A stretch of 64,000 nt of DNA, taken from an uncultured Alphaproteobacteria bacterium. Lineage in GTDB: Bacteria; Pseudomonadota; Alphaproteobacteria; HIMB59; GCA-002718135. Both the position numbers and the translations under genes were made by a program. Below the pieces are notes generated by a model. It saw nothing but the letters and a program-made list of their open reading frames with translations. It was not told where the DNA came from and did not search any database. Below are positions 10,163 through 20,245 of the stretch, piece after piece. Numbering within the stretch: the stretch's first letter is position 1; each line of letters starts with the position of its first letter. The DNA lies in assembly GCA_902615625.1 (NCBI GenBank), contig CACMPM010000002.1, positions 28,472-92,471 on the forward strand, in the 5' to 3' direction.

Positions 10163-10240
10163 GTTGTGGCACCTACAAGGAGAATTATAATGAAAATTAA
10201 TGTTATGAAAAAAAGAACTATACTATAGATAAGCGCCACC
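10163..10240 (-). ncRNA. Candidate structured RNA element B with anti-Shine-Dalgarno loop
   Basis: On the - strand GUGGCGCUUAU pairs with GUAGGUGCCAC (11 contiguous bp, 3 G-U, which only work on this strand); loop contains UUCUCCUU. Confidence 0.45.
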
Positions 10241-10325
10241 TGTTTATTAATACTGTTAAAATATGTTTTAATAGAGATACAAATAAGGAAAAACTATGAT
10301 ACATTATTTATAATAAATATTTAGG

Positions 10326-11579
10326 ATGTTTTTGAGTAACAATTATTTTCATTATTGGGTTGACAGTAAGAAGGATGAAGAAATTAAGAAATTTCAAGAA
10401 TGTATTGATGCATATATTTATTTTAAGAAAGATTCATTGCTCATAACTAATCAATTAATACGAGAGAATAGAAATTTTCAGGCTCCAAAATTACTGAAAG
10501 CTTTTTTATTACTTTTTTCAAGAGATATAAATAAATTAACACTAGCTAAAGATACCATAAAATCTATTTTAGTTGATAATATCAATAATCACTTTCATAA
10601 ATATTTAGAAGTAGCAAAACTTTGGATTAATAATGATTTAAAAAATTTATTAAATAAATTAGAATTAATTATAAAAGAAAATCCCAAAGATATTTTTGCC
10701 ATCAGATTATTTCATTTTAATAATATTTTCGTAGGTATTGACGGTAAATTTTTAGATAAACACGAAGAAATTCTGAGTAAGTGGTCAGAAAATGATCAAC
10801 ATTACAATTTACTATTAGGCATGACTAGCTATGCTTATGAAGAAAATAATTTAATTGATAAAGCTAAGTTTCTAGCAATAAATTCATTAAAACAATCATC
10901 CAATGATTTATGGAGTTGGCATGCTCTTTTGCATGTACACGATAATGAAAATAATGACTCAATTAACAAAATTGATAATTTCAATAAAATTAATTGGTCT
11001 ATTTATGGACCAATAAAAAGACATATATGGTGGCACCAATCATTAATATTATTCTATAATCAAGAATATAAAAAAAGCTTAAAACTATTTGATAAATATT
11101 TCTCTTCTTCACAAATTTTTTATTTAGATTTTTGTAATGCTTGTTCTTTTTTATTAAGACTTCATTACAAGGGAGTAGATGTTAAGGATAGAATGGATAA
11201 ATTAAAAGATTATGCTGAATATTTTAAAAATCAACACATACTTCCTTTCATCGATTATCATCTTATTTTTTATTATTCATACTATGATGATCAAGGTTAT
11301 TTTGAGCAACTTGAAAACAGAATGGAAGAAAATTATTTAGAAAGCTCTTTTAAAGAAAATTATATTAATTTCTTAAAGCCAATTATTAATAATATGAAAA
11401 CTCATGAATTATTAAATGAAAATATAATTAAATCGCAATTTAAATACCTTGGGGGTAGTTTTGCACAACGAGAACTTATTTTTTTAAGTTTAATTCAAAA
11501 TACAAAATATGAAAAAAATAAATCAAATTTAATATCAGAATATAGTAATTATAAATCAATATCAAAATTATATGTATAA
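10326..11579 (+). CDS. TTC38-like tetratricopeptide repeat protein
   Basis: ENPKDIFA, GMTSYAYEE, WSWHALLHV, HIWWH, GGSFAQRE resemble TTC38-family motifs. Confidence 0.7.
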   Translation: MFLSNNYFHYWVDSKKDEEIKKFQECIDAYIYFKKDSLLITNQLIRENRNFQAPKLLKAFLLLFSRDINKLTLAKDTIKSILVDNINNHFHKYLEVAKLWINNDLKNLLNKLELIIKENPKDIFAIRLFHFNNIFVGIDGKFLDKHEEILSKWSENDQHYNLLLGMTSYAYEENNLIDKAKFLAINSLKQSSNDLWSWHALLHVHDNENNDSINKIDNFNKINWSIYGPIKRHIWWHQSLILFYNQEYKKSLKLFDKYFSSSQIFYLDFCNACSFLLRLHYKGVDVKDRMDKLKDYAEYFKNQHILPFIDYHLIFYYSYYDDQGYFEQLENRMEENYLESSFKENYINFLKPIINNMKTHELLNENIIKSQFKYLGGSFAQRELIFLSLIQNTKYEKNKSNLISEYSNYKSISKLYV

Positions 11580-13386
11580 CTCTAAATTATTGGAAGAAAA
11601 TTTTAATAAAAACTCAAATAATAATTTTACCATATTAAAAGATAATCTTTTTTTTCGAAACATAACTTTTCAAAATTTTCAAATTTTAAAAATGATATCA
11701 TTCTTGGTAAGAGACAAAAATTGGAAGAATTATGATCCTAAAATTATAAATTATGAAGAAAACTTTGATTCATCTCTAGAATATATATTTGATTTAGAAT
11801 ATGGAATTACTGAAATTCTTAAAACAAGAAATACCATATCATTCTCTGAAAATTCTATAACTTTATCTTCTGAAGGAGAATTCTTAACTGATTTTTGGAC
11901 TAATAGAATAGGTTTTAATTTATTAATTCCATTACAAAATCATGTTGGTTCAAATATCATTGTAACAAAAGAAACCGGGGTAAAAGAGAAAAAAAAATTT
12001 CCAGTATTTGTAAAACCTGATCAACCATTTTTTAAATTTAAAAACCTAGCTTACACTTTAGACGATAGCTTCCTAGTAAATATAAATTTTAAAGGTATTT
12101 TATTTGAAATGGAAGATCAAAGAAACTGGGGTGATGCTTCTTATAAAATATATAGTGGCTCTTTATTAGATCCTTTTCCATACTTGGAAAAAGAGGGCGC
12201 TAATTTCTCTCAAACTGTTAAAATAGATATAGCAAATAAAAAACAAAGATCATTTTCATCTAAGAATATTGTTAAAGTTGATAATACTACTTCTTATAAA
12301 TTTCCTAAAATTGGTATAAAAGTTGATTCTCTAACCCTTCCTGACGATAATTTAATAAATAGCTTTGATTATTACTATTATCTTATTGATTTTACAAAAT
12401 ATTTTACAAGTTTTAGGTCTAGCTCTAACAACAAAGTGTTTCTAGTAGCTTTAGTTGATCACACTAATGATCCTGAAAAAGAGTTAACAAAAATTAATAA
12501 ATTTATAACTGAGAATACTGTTAATTTAGATAAAATTTTAATTTGTCCAAAAATATATTTAAATAGTTTTCAACCTGCTGGTGAATGGCCGAAAGTTCCA
12601 GAATTAAATGAATACTATAAAATTGCTAAAAAGATGTTTTCTCATAGTCAAATTGTTTCAGGAATGGTCACTAATTTTACAGAATTAAATAGAAAGAGAC
12701 CAAAAATGTTCTATGATTTGGTTAGTTTTTCCTTCACTCCAATTGTTCATGATTCTAGTGATTTTGGTGTTTTAAATACACCTGAAACTATACCTTATAT
12801 ATTTAAAACTTTAAAAAATTTTTCTAAAAGTTGCGATGTTCATATTGGTCCAATTTCTATTGGTATGCATTTCAATCCATATGGTGATAGTCTTGTAGAG
12901 AATAAAAACAAGATAAGATTAGAAATGGCTGATAGCGATCCAAGACATGATCAATTATTTTCATTAACTTGGACAATGGCAATTTTTATTCAATCAATAA
13001 ATAAAGAGTCAAAATTTTTTACTTTTAATTCCATTTACGGGCATCACGGAATATTAAATAAAGATAATACCAAAAGACCATTGTATCATTTAAATAATTT
13101 TCTTATTTCATTATCAAATTCAGAGATTTTTAAATTTAATCCAATTAATGAAGTTTATGGATTAAAAATTGTATTAAATGATAAAGAGTATTATTTATTT
13201 GTAAATTCTTCAAATCAAAAAAAGGTAATTAATATTCCTAAGTTAAATTTTAGTTATCAAAATAAGCTTAATTTAAAAAATTTTACCGATATTTTTAAGA
13301 ATGATTTTTCTTTTTTTAATTTTAAAAAAGATACAAATCCATATATGTTTGAACCATTAGAAATTAAATTTATAGAAGATAAATGA
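11572..13386 (+). CDS. D-apionate lactonase-like protein (ApnL-like)
   Basis: FLVRDKNW, TNRIGF, FEMEDQRNWGDASYKIY, FTELNRKRP, DPRH motifs. Confidence 0.65.
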   Translation: MYNSKLLEENFNKNSNNNFTILKDNLFFRNITFQNFQILKMISFLVRDKNWKNYDPKIINYEENFDSSLEYIFDLEYGITEILKTRNTISFSENSITLSSEGEFLTDFWTNRIGFNLLIPLQNHVGSNIIVTKETGVKEKKKFPVFVKPDQPFFKFKNLAYTLDDSFLVNINFKGILFEMEDQRNWGDASYKIYSGSLLDPFPYLEKEGANFSQTVKIDIANKKQRSFSSKNIVKVDNTTSYKFPKIGIKVDSLTLPDDNLINSFDYYYYLIDFTKYFTSFRSSSNNKVFLVALVDHTNDPEKELTKINKFITENTVNLDKILICPKIYLNSFQPAGEWPKVPELNEYYKIAKKMFSHSQIVSGMVTNFTELNRKRPKMFYDLVSFSFTPIVHDSSDFGVLNTPETIPYIFKTLKNFSKSCDVHIGPISIGMHFNPYGDSLVENKNKIRLEMADSDPRHDQLFSLTWTMAIFIQSINKESKFFTFNSIYGHHGILNKDNTKRPLYHLNNFLISLSNSEIFKFNPINEVYGLKIVLNDKEYYLFVNSSNQKKVINIPKLNFSYQNKLNLKNFTDIFKNDFSFFNFKKDTNPYMFEPLEIKFIEDK

Positions 13387-14405
13387 AAAAATTAAAAGGA
13401 GCATTAATCGGTTGTGGTTTCTTTGCAGAAAATCATATCTTAGCTTGGAAAGAATTAAGGAATATAGAAATAATATGTGTTTGTGATTTAGATATAAAAA
13501 AAGCTAATAAATTTAAATCAAAATTTAATATTTTGCATTCTTATTCATCCATAGAATTAATGTTAAAAAAACATAAAATTGACTTTGTTGATGTTGTAAC
13601 AACTATGGAGACACACTTGAATATTGGTAAAATTTTATCAAAGTATAAAATTCCAACTTCTATACAAAAACCATTTGCTGAAAATTTATTGAATGCAAAA
13701 AAAATTGTTTCTTTATATAAAAAAAACAAGACTCCACTTATGGTTCATGAGAATTTTAGATGGCAAAGTCCTTTATTAAAATTAAAAGAAATTATAAATA
13801 AAGAGAAGTTAATTAAACCACATTATGCAAAGATATCTTTTAGACATGCAAACCCTGTTGGATATACCAATCAAACGTATTTATATGATTTAAAAGAGTA
13901 TTTAACTTTAGATGTAGGGATCCATTTATTTGATTTAAGCAGATTTTTAATGGGAGAAGCAAAAAGTATATATACAGTAAATCAAAATACAAATAATAAA
14001 TTTAAAGGTGAAACCGATTTTATATCACTTATAAGAAATAAAAATAAAAGTATTACTATTGTAGATGCATCTATTTCTTCAATAAAAAAACCAGATAGAT
14101 TTGCTCAAACACTAGTTAATTTAGAATTCTCTAATGGCTCAATAGATTTGGACTATAATTATAAAATTATTTTACATAAAAATAATAAGAAGAAGATTTA
14201 TGATGGAAAACCCAAGAAATATAAGTGGATTTCAAAGCCTTGGGATCAAATTCAAGAAAGTGTAATTAATACACACAAGCATTTCATTTATTCATTAATT
14301 AATAGAGTTAAACATGACACTAGCGGTGAAGATAACATTAAGAGTTTATCATTAGTCTTTAATTCATACAAATCTGATAAATTAAGAAAAGAAATTAAAA
14401 TTTAA
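13383..14405 (+). CDS. Gfo/Idh/MocA oxidoreductase, D-apiose dehydrogenase (ApsD)-like
   Basis: LKGALIGCGFFA, QKPFA, MVHENFRWQ, DVGIH; overlaps the apnL-like gene. Confidence 0.7.
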   Translation: MKKLKGALIGCGFFAENHILAWKELRNIEIICVCDLDIKKANKFKSKFNILHSYSSIELMLKKHKIDFVDVVTTMETHLNIGKILSKYKIPTSIQKPFAENLLNAKKIVSLYKKNKTPLMVHENFRWQSPLLKLKEIINKEKLIKPHYAKISFRHANPVGYTNQTYLYDLKEYLTLDVGIHLFDLSRFLMGEAKSIYTVNQNTNNKFKGETDFISLIRNKNKSITIVDASISSIKKPDRFAQTLVNLEFSNGSIDLDYNYKIILHKNNKKKIYDGKPKKYKWISKPWDQIQESVINTHKHFIYSLINRVKHDTSGEDNIKSLSLVFNSYKSDKLRKEIKI

Positions 14406-14419
14406 TTTTTATTTAAAGT

Positions 14420-17032
14420 TTAAATTATAAATTTTGATATTTCATCTCTTATTAACTTACTTAACAGACTGTAACCAAGTACATTCATGTGTAAAGGATC
14501 TTCTGAATAAAATTTTTCAAATCCAGCATCCAGCATAGGAGAGCAAAGGTCAATATAGCGCCATTGACTAAAATTCTCAATTTTGTTTTTAATCCGTTCA
14601 TTTGCATCTAAAATTGTATTTAAATAATTATTTCTGAATACACTTGGTTTAATCGATATAAAAAAACATAATGTATGAGGTAATTTTTCATTAACCTCAG
14701 AAGCAAATAATAAAAATTCATTTTCTAAATCTTCAGCACTCATTCCACTCCCTATATCATTATCCCCAGCATAAAAAATCATCTTATCAGGGTTATTTGG
14801 TACTACTATTCTGTTAAAATATGTACGGCATGATACTAACGTGGAACCTCCAAATCCTAAATTTAATAAACTATCAAATGACAAATCAGTTTTTGCATTT
14901 TCCCAATCTTTAAAAGTTGAACTACCATATAAGACTATTTTGTTATTTTTATATTGATCTGAATATAATTTAATTTCTAATTCTCTCACGTCTGCTTCAA
15001 ATTCTTCTTCGATAGGGCTGACTAAATTTAAATTACTTATTACATCTTCATTATTAATTTTATTTTTTGATGCAGATTTTGCTAATTCAATTGCTTCTTC
15101 AACATATGACCTAAATGTTTTTCTATATTTAGATAGAAATCTTTCCAATTCTTTTTTATTTTTCATATCATTTACAAAATCTTTTATTTTGATTGGTTTT
15201 TTAATAACTGCAGAATAAATAGTATCAGAAATTGAATAATCAAAATTAGCTAATGCAATTGGAACAAGAAAAGGCTCTGGTCTTAATTGATCTGCTAAAA
15301 AAAATGCACCTGGTTTTAATGGACCTGGAGAGTTTGGAGTTAAATTATCTTCAGTTTCAGATGTGCCTTCTGGCGCAATAACTAAAGGTCTATTTTGATC
15401 AAAAATATTTTGAGTTTCGATAAATAATTTACTTTTTCTTTTCTTTTTTTGCTCTTGAGTTTCATTTAAATAGTCTGACTCTGGTGTATGAACGAAAATA
15501 TAATCTAAATTCTCATAATAATTATATCTCCAAAATTCTGTATTTCTAGAGTATCTAGCTATTCTTTGACCTCCATCACCATATTTTGGAAACAAAATTT
15601 TTGCACTAATAAAATGACTATCTATACTAAATTGATGTCCATTAGCTAAACCATTTTCTTCAATACTTGCCAGATGATTATAAAAAAATATGTTTGTAGG
15701 CTCATCAGGTAAATTTTCCATACCTTTAATAACATAAGGTACTTGATCAAACGCTTTTATAAAATCTGAATTTGTTAATTTTTGTAAAGCTTGTTTATTT
15801 ATTGAATCATATGAAGTTGCTACTCTGTTGTAAATTTTATTTAGTTGTTTGAAAAATCTATTTTTTCTTTCTACACCACTTAATGTATCAATCATTAAAC
15901 TAGCTATAGATTTTTCATCATCGTTACCTGTAATTATTAAATCATAAATTGTATCAAATGCTAAAGAATGAGTTAAATGACTTTCTAATAAATGAGGTAT
16001 TGTATAAAGCTTTGAATTACTAGGTATCGTTGCAGAATTATCATCTAATAAATATTGAAAAAACTCTTTTTCATTTTTAGCTGGATAAGTAGTTAAGCCT
16101 GTTGAGCTTTGAATATAACGACCTAATTGCCATAATTGTCTTTTAAAAAATTTGATTGCCAATTCTGAATTTGTTTTAATTAAATTATCAATAAACTCAT
16201 TTGAAAATTTTAAAATTGTTGTATCTCTCGTTGATCTCAATGAATAAGGTGACTCAATATCATGCAAACCTGCAGATAATGATAATGCTACTCCCGGTCT
16301 AGCTATTGATCTTGAGTTATTTTCTATCTGATCATCTTTTAAATTTGTAAAAGAAGCTTCAACTTTACCTTTTAATAAAATATTTATTCCATCTGATTTA
16401 GTGCCTTCTAACGTTATATATTCACCCGCAGAAAATAGTCTAACGTTTGCATAGTTTATTAATTCATCTAAATCGTTATCATTAAGAAATGCTAAAAACG
16501 CAGAATTTTTAATTCTTTTTGTATTTACAATATCTCCACCAGTTTTAACACCATCTGCTAAATTAATATTTTTTTGTTCAATGGGTTTTTCTAAATTGCG
16601 TGATGACCATATTAAATTAATAGATTCAAATAATAAATAAGAATAAAAAAAACTTGCATAATCGGGATCTATCTTTTCTAATTCTTTTAGTTTTTCTATT
16701 TTAAATGAGATATACTCTGAATTACCTTTAATAAATATATCTGACATATATCTACCTGGCGCATTTAAGCCTGAAATGCCAAGAGGTGATCCAGAATTTT
16801 TTAGTGTTGCTAGATTATAAAAAACATTATTATGATATTTTACGAATTCCGCCTCACCTTTCAAAAGAATAAAAATTTGATCTGCAATACCATGCTGTTC
16901 AGCAATTTTTATATCTTCATTATTTTTATGTAATTCAGCACTAGAATTGATTAAATCTTCAGTATTTTTTTTTGGAGATAAAGAAAAACCTTTATCTACT
17001 AGTATTAAAGATATTTTTTCACTTAAATTCAT
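14420..17032 (-). CDS. Fusion: two cNMP-binding-like domains + lysophospholipid acyltransferase + SGNH/GDSL hydrolase
   Basis: Two ILLKG beta-roll repeats; YNHL..., APEGTS, LVPIAL (PlsC-like); YGSST, GFGGS, YAGDND, DPLH (SGNH blocks). Confidence 0.75.
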   Translation of the reverse strand: MNLSEKISLILVDKGFSLSPKKNTEDLINSSAELHKNNEDIKIAEQHGIADQIFILLKGEAEFVKYHNNVFYNLATLKNSGSPLGISGLNAPGRYMSDIFIKGNSEYISFKIEKLKELEKIDPDYASFFYSYLLFESINLIWSSRNLEKPIEQKNINLADGVKTGGDIVNTKRIKNSAFLAFLNDNDLDELINYANVRLFSAGEYITLEGTKSDGINILLKGKVEASFTNLKDDQIENNSRSIARPGVALSLSAGLHDIESPYSLRSTRDTTILKFSNEFIDNLIKTNSELAIKFFKRQLWQLGRYIQSSTGLTTYPAKNEKEFFQYLLDDNSATIPSNSKLYTIPHLLESHLTHSLAFDTIYDLIITGNDDEKSIASLMIDTLSGVERKNRFFKQLNKIYNRVATSYDSINKQALQKLTNSDFIKAFDQVPYVIKGMENLPDEPTNIFFYNHLASIEENGLANGHQFSIDSHFISAKILFPKYGDGGQRIARYSRNTEFWRYNYYENLDYIFVHTPESDYLNETQEQKKKRKSKLFIETQNIFDQNRPLVIAPEGTSETEDNLTPNSPGPLKPGAFFLADQLRPEPFLVPIALANFDYSISDTIYSAVIKKPIKIKDFVNDMKNKKELERFLSKYRKTFRSYVEEAIELAKSASKNKINNEDVISNLNLVSPIEEEFEADVRELEIKLYSDQYKNNKIVLYGSSTFKDWENAKTDLSFDSLLNLGFGGSTLVSCRTYFNRIVVPNNPDKMIFYAGDNDIGSGMSAEDLENEFLLFASEVNEKLPHTLCFFISIKPSVFRNNYLNTILDANERIKNKIENFSQWRYIDLCSPMLDAGFEKFYSEDPLHMNVLGYSLLSKLIRDEISKFII

Positions 17033-17080
17033 TATTTATCTAACTTAATAAATTTCCTTTTTTATTTAAAGAGAAAAATA

Positions 17081-17785
17081 TTATCTTCTTATAATTGACC
17101 TAAAAATGTTAATAAAAGATAACAGTATTATTTTTAATCTAAATATACTCACAATGGATTGAGCTAAATATGTCAGTGCCGCAGCTCTTAAAACAGATTT
17201 ACACTGGTACATATTCTCTTTGGGAACATATCGTTTAAGTATAGGTAAAGCTCTCTTAAAACTTGCATCAAATTCTACAGGAAGAGTAATCAAATGGATT
17301 AAAACATTTGTTGATAGGCATCCCATTATTATTATTGCAGCAATAAGAGTGATAAATGGATTTTTAGTAAAGGCAAATATTGATGGTAGTCCAATAATTA
17401 ATAAAAATGATCCAATTCTCTGAAAGATCATTGTTTTTTCAATTAATGATTGTCTGAGTATGAGTGGCTTATATTTTTCTTTGTCTTGAATTGCATGGCC
17501 AATTTCGTGAGCAACAACCGCAATGCTTGTTATACTTTTTTTATCAAGTTTATCTTTATCGATGTGTATTTTTTTTTCTTTAGGATTGTAATGATCTAAT
17601 TGCTGAATTGGATTAATTGACACATTAGTAATTTCTTCTTCTTCAAGTATTTTTTTTCCAAGTTCTCTCCCAGTGAAGGGCATATCAGGTAAAATTTTAT
17701 TATATTTTTTTAAAATATAATTTACCCATAAACTTGGTAGAAAGAGCATAATAAATGGTAAAAAATAGTAAAATAATTTAATCAC
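17081..17785 (-). CDS. Neutral zinc metallopeptidase (YugP-like), membrane-bound
   Basis: DHYNP, AHEIGHAIQ, TLPVEFDAS.RA, AAALTY. Confidence 0.9.
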   Translation of the reverse strand: MIKLFYYFLPFIMLFLPSLWVNYILKKYNKILPDMPFTGRELGKKILEEEEITNVSINPIQQLDHYNPKEKKIHIDKDKLDKKSITSIAVVAHEIGHAIQDKEKYKPLILRQSLIEKTMIFQRIGSFLLIIGLPSIFAFTKNPFITLIAAIIIMGCLSTNVLIHLITLPVEFDASFKRALPILKRYVPKENMYQCKSVLRAAALTYLAQSIVSIFRLKIILLSFINIFRSIIRR

Positions 17786-17868
17786 AATTTAAAAATAGGG
17801 ATAATATTATTAAAAATCAATTTTATTTAAACTGGTAATATTAAAAATAATTAATTAATGCTTAAAAA

Positions 17869-19059
17869 GTGAAATCTAAATTTGAAAGAATTAATAGATT
17901 GCCCCCATATATATTTGGGCAGATAAATTCATTAAAAATGAAGTTAAGATCAGAGGGGAGGGATATTATTGATTTTGGAATGGGCAACCCTGATATGCCA
18001 ACACCTCTTCACATAAGACAGAAATTGAAAGAGGTTATAGATAAGCCAGGTGTTGGACGTTATTCAGTTTCTAAAGGCATTAATGGACTTAGAAAAGCTC
18101 AAGCCAAATATTATAAAAAACGATTTAATGTAGATTTAAATCCATCAAGTGAAATTATAGTAACAATTGGTTCAAAAGAAGGTTTAGCAAATTTAGCACA
18201 AGCAATAACTTCAAGAGGAGATAGGATCTTATGTCCTGATCCATCATATCCTGTTCATCCATATGGTTTTATGATTGCCGGAGCTAAACTAACACCTTTG
18301 CAAACATTTTTTAATGGACAGTTCGATAAAAATAAATTTTTATTAAATATAGTTAATAATTTAAAAAAATATTCTTCTATAAAAGTTATTATCGTTTCTT
18401 TTCCCTCAAATCCAACAGCTCAAATAGTTGATTTAGATTTTTATAAAGAATTAGTAAAAATTGCAAAAAAATATCAAGTTTATATTCTATCCGATTTAGC
18501 TTATTCTGAAATTTACTTTGGTAACAATCCGCCTCCATCAATATTAGAAGTTAATGGCGCAAAGAGCATAGCAGTTGAATTTACGACCTTATCCAAAACT
18601 TATGCAATGGCTGGATGGAGAATAGGTTTTGCGGTTGGAAATAAAACTTTAATTGAAGCATTAACAAAAATTAAATCATATGTAGACTATGGTGCTTTTA
18701 CACCTGTTCAAGTAGCAGCCACTGCTGCGTTAAATGAATCTCAAAAATGTGTAGAAGAAATAAGGGAGACTTATAAAAAAAGAAGAGATGTTTTAATAGA
18801 ATCTTTTGAAAGAGCTGGTTGGGATAAAATTCCAGAGCCTGAGGCATCTATGTTTGTATGGGCTCCTTTACCTAAAAAATATAAAAAAATGGGTTCTATG
18901 AAGTTTGCCAAAAATTTAATGATAAACGCCGATGTTGCAGTAGCTCCTGGTTTGGCTTTTGGAAAAGGAGGGGAAGGTTTTGTTCGTATTGGTCTAGTAG
19001 AAAATACTCAAAGCATAAGACAAGCAGCTAAAAATATTAAAAGATATTTTAATACTTAA
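17869..19059 (+). CDS. alaC: Class I PLP aminotransferase, AlaC-like
   Basis: RLPPYIF, GMGNPD, GSKEG, DLAY, SKTYAMAGWRIG, KSYVDYG. Confidence 0.75.
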   Translation: MKSKFERINRLPPYIFGQINSLKMKLRSEGRDIIDFGMGNPDMPTPLHIRQKLKEVIDKPGVGRYSVSKGINGLRKAQAKYYKKRFNVDLNPSSEIIVTIGSKEGLANLAQAITSRGDRILCPDPSYPVHPYGFMIAGAKLTPLQTFFNGQFDKNKFLLNIVNNLKKYSSIKVIIVSFPSNPTAQIVDLDFYKELVKIAKKYQVYILSDLAYSEIYFGNNPPPSILEVNGAKSIAVEFTTLSKTYAMAGWRIGFAVGNKTLIEALTKIKSYVDYGAFTPVQVAATAALNESQKCVEEIRETYKKRRDVLIESFERAGWDKIPEPEASMFVWAPLPKKYKKMGSMKFAKNLMINADVAVAPGLAFGKGGEGFVRIGLVENTQSIRQAAKNIKRYFNT

Positions 19060-19061
19060 TA

Positions 19062-20039
19062 TTAAACTGATAAAATCTTAATATAATGTGATAATTTTTC
19101 ACCTGCATCCCAGGCATCGCTTAGACTTTTCCCTAGAACCCAGTCTCCACTTAAAAATATTTTATTATCCTTAGAACTAATCCAATTTTTTTTTGAGATA
19201 GTATTATAACTCAATTTTGTTTGCGCATATAACCACCTGTGTGATTTAATAAAACTTATTTCATTCTTTATATCAAATGTTTCTTCAAATATTGATTGGG
19301 CGTATTTTTCTAATTCAGTCTTGTCTATATCAATATTATTTTTTGTATATTCAGAATTCATATTTAATACCCAACAATCATGTGATAATTCATTAAATTT
19401 TATATTTTGATTCATAAAGAAACTAATATCTTTATGAAGATTTAATCCAGCTTTAATTTTAATGTTATTATTATCTTTATAGCTTAACATTACAGTATGT
19501 ATGGGTTCATAAGATGGCTCGCTAGCAATCTGAGTAAAATCAATTAATTCTTTTGAAAGCTCTTTTGATTGTAAATACGGTATACAAATTAAAATATAAT
19601 CAAAATCTTTAAATTCTTCCTTTTCAGAAAATAGCGAGAAGAGATTATTACTATTTTTTGAAATTTTAATTATTTTTGAATTAAAATAACTTTCTAATTT
19701 TAAATTATCAAAAATAGAATTTGGAAGAGAATTCATTCCATTTTGACCAATAATAATTTTTTTTCTAGTCTTTTTATTTTTTAAATAATTTGTGGCAAAA
19801 TCTATTTCTATTACTTTTCCCAAGTTATATTTGCTTATTACTTCATTTAATTGATTTACAGAATGATTTGTCGATAAATAATGTGCACCATGATCAAAAA
19901 GATAATTATTATGTTTTCTAGTAGATACTCTTCCTCCTGGCCTCCATGATTTATCAAAGATAGTAATATTATGTTCTTGAAGATTATAAGCAAGAGATAA
20001 GCCAGTCATTCCAGCACCAATTATTGCTATATTTTTCAC
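19062..20039 (-). CDS. Renalase-like NAD(P)/FAD-dependent oxidoreductase
   Basis: IIGAGMTG, DKS..PGGR.STR, FDHGA, HRWLYA, GDW. Confidence 0.85.
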   Translation of the reverse strand: MKNIAIIGAGMTGLSLAYNLQEHNITIFDKSWRPGGRVSTRKHNNYLFDHGAHYLSTNHSVNQLNEVISKYNLGKVIEIDFATNYLKNKKTRKKIIIGQNGMNSLPNSIFDNLKLESYFNSKIIKISKNSNNLFSLFSEKEEFKDFDYILICIPYLQSKELSKELIDFTQIASEPSYEPIHTVMLSYKDNNNIKIKAGLNLHKDISFFMNQNIKFNELSHDCWVLNMNSEYTKNNIDIDKTELEKYAQSIFEETFDIKNEISFIKSHRWLYAQTKLSYNTISKKNWISSKDNKIFLSGDWVLGKSLSDAWDAGEKLSHYIKILSV

Positions 20040-20242
20040 TAATTAATATTAATTATTTGAAAATTTTTTTTACCTGAAGATTTAATTTTTTTTAAACCAA
20101 ACTTACTACATAAATTTTTGTATCTCTGTTTAGATGGCAAGTTAATTGTTTTAAAATGTATATTATCATATCCAAACATCATTTTCTGACCATTGATTTC
20201 ATAAAATTTTTTAAAAATACTAGACTTTCTTCTAATAACCAT
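20039..20242 (-). CDS. Hypothetical basic protein, 67 aa
   Basis: Stop overlaps the start of the renalase-like gene; operon-like packing. Confidence 0.5.
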   Translation of the reverse strand: MVIRRKSSIFKKFYEINGQKMMFGYDNIHFKTINLPSKQRYKNLCSKFGLKKIKSSGKKNFQIININ

Positions 20243-20245
20243 AAT

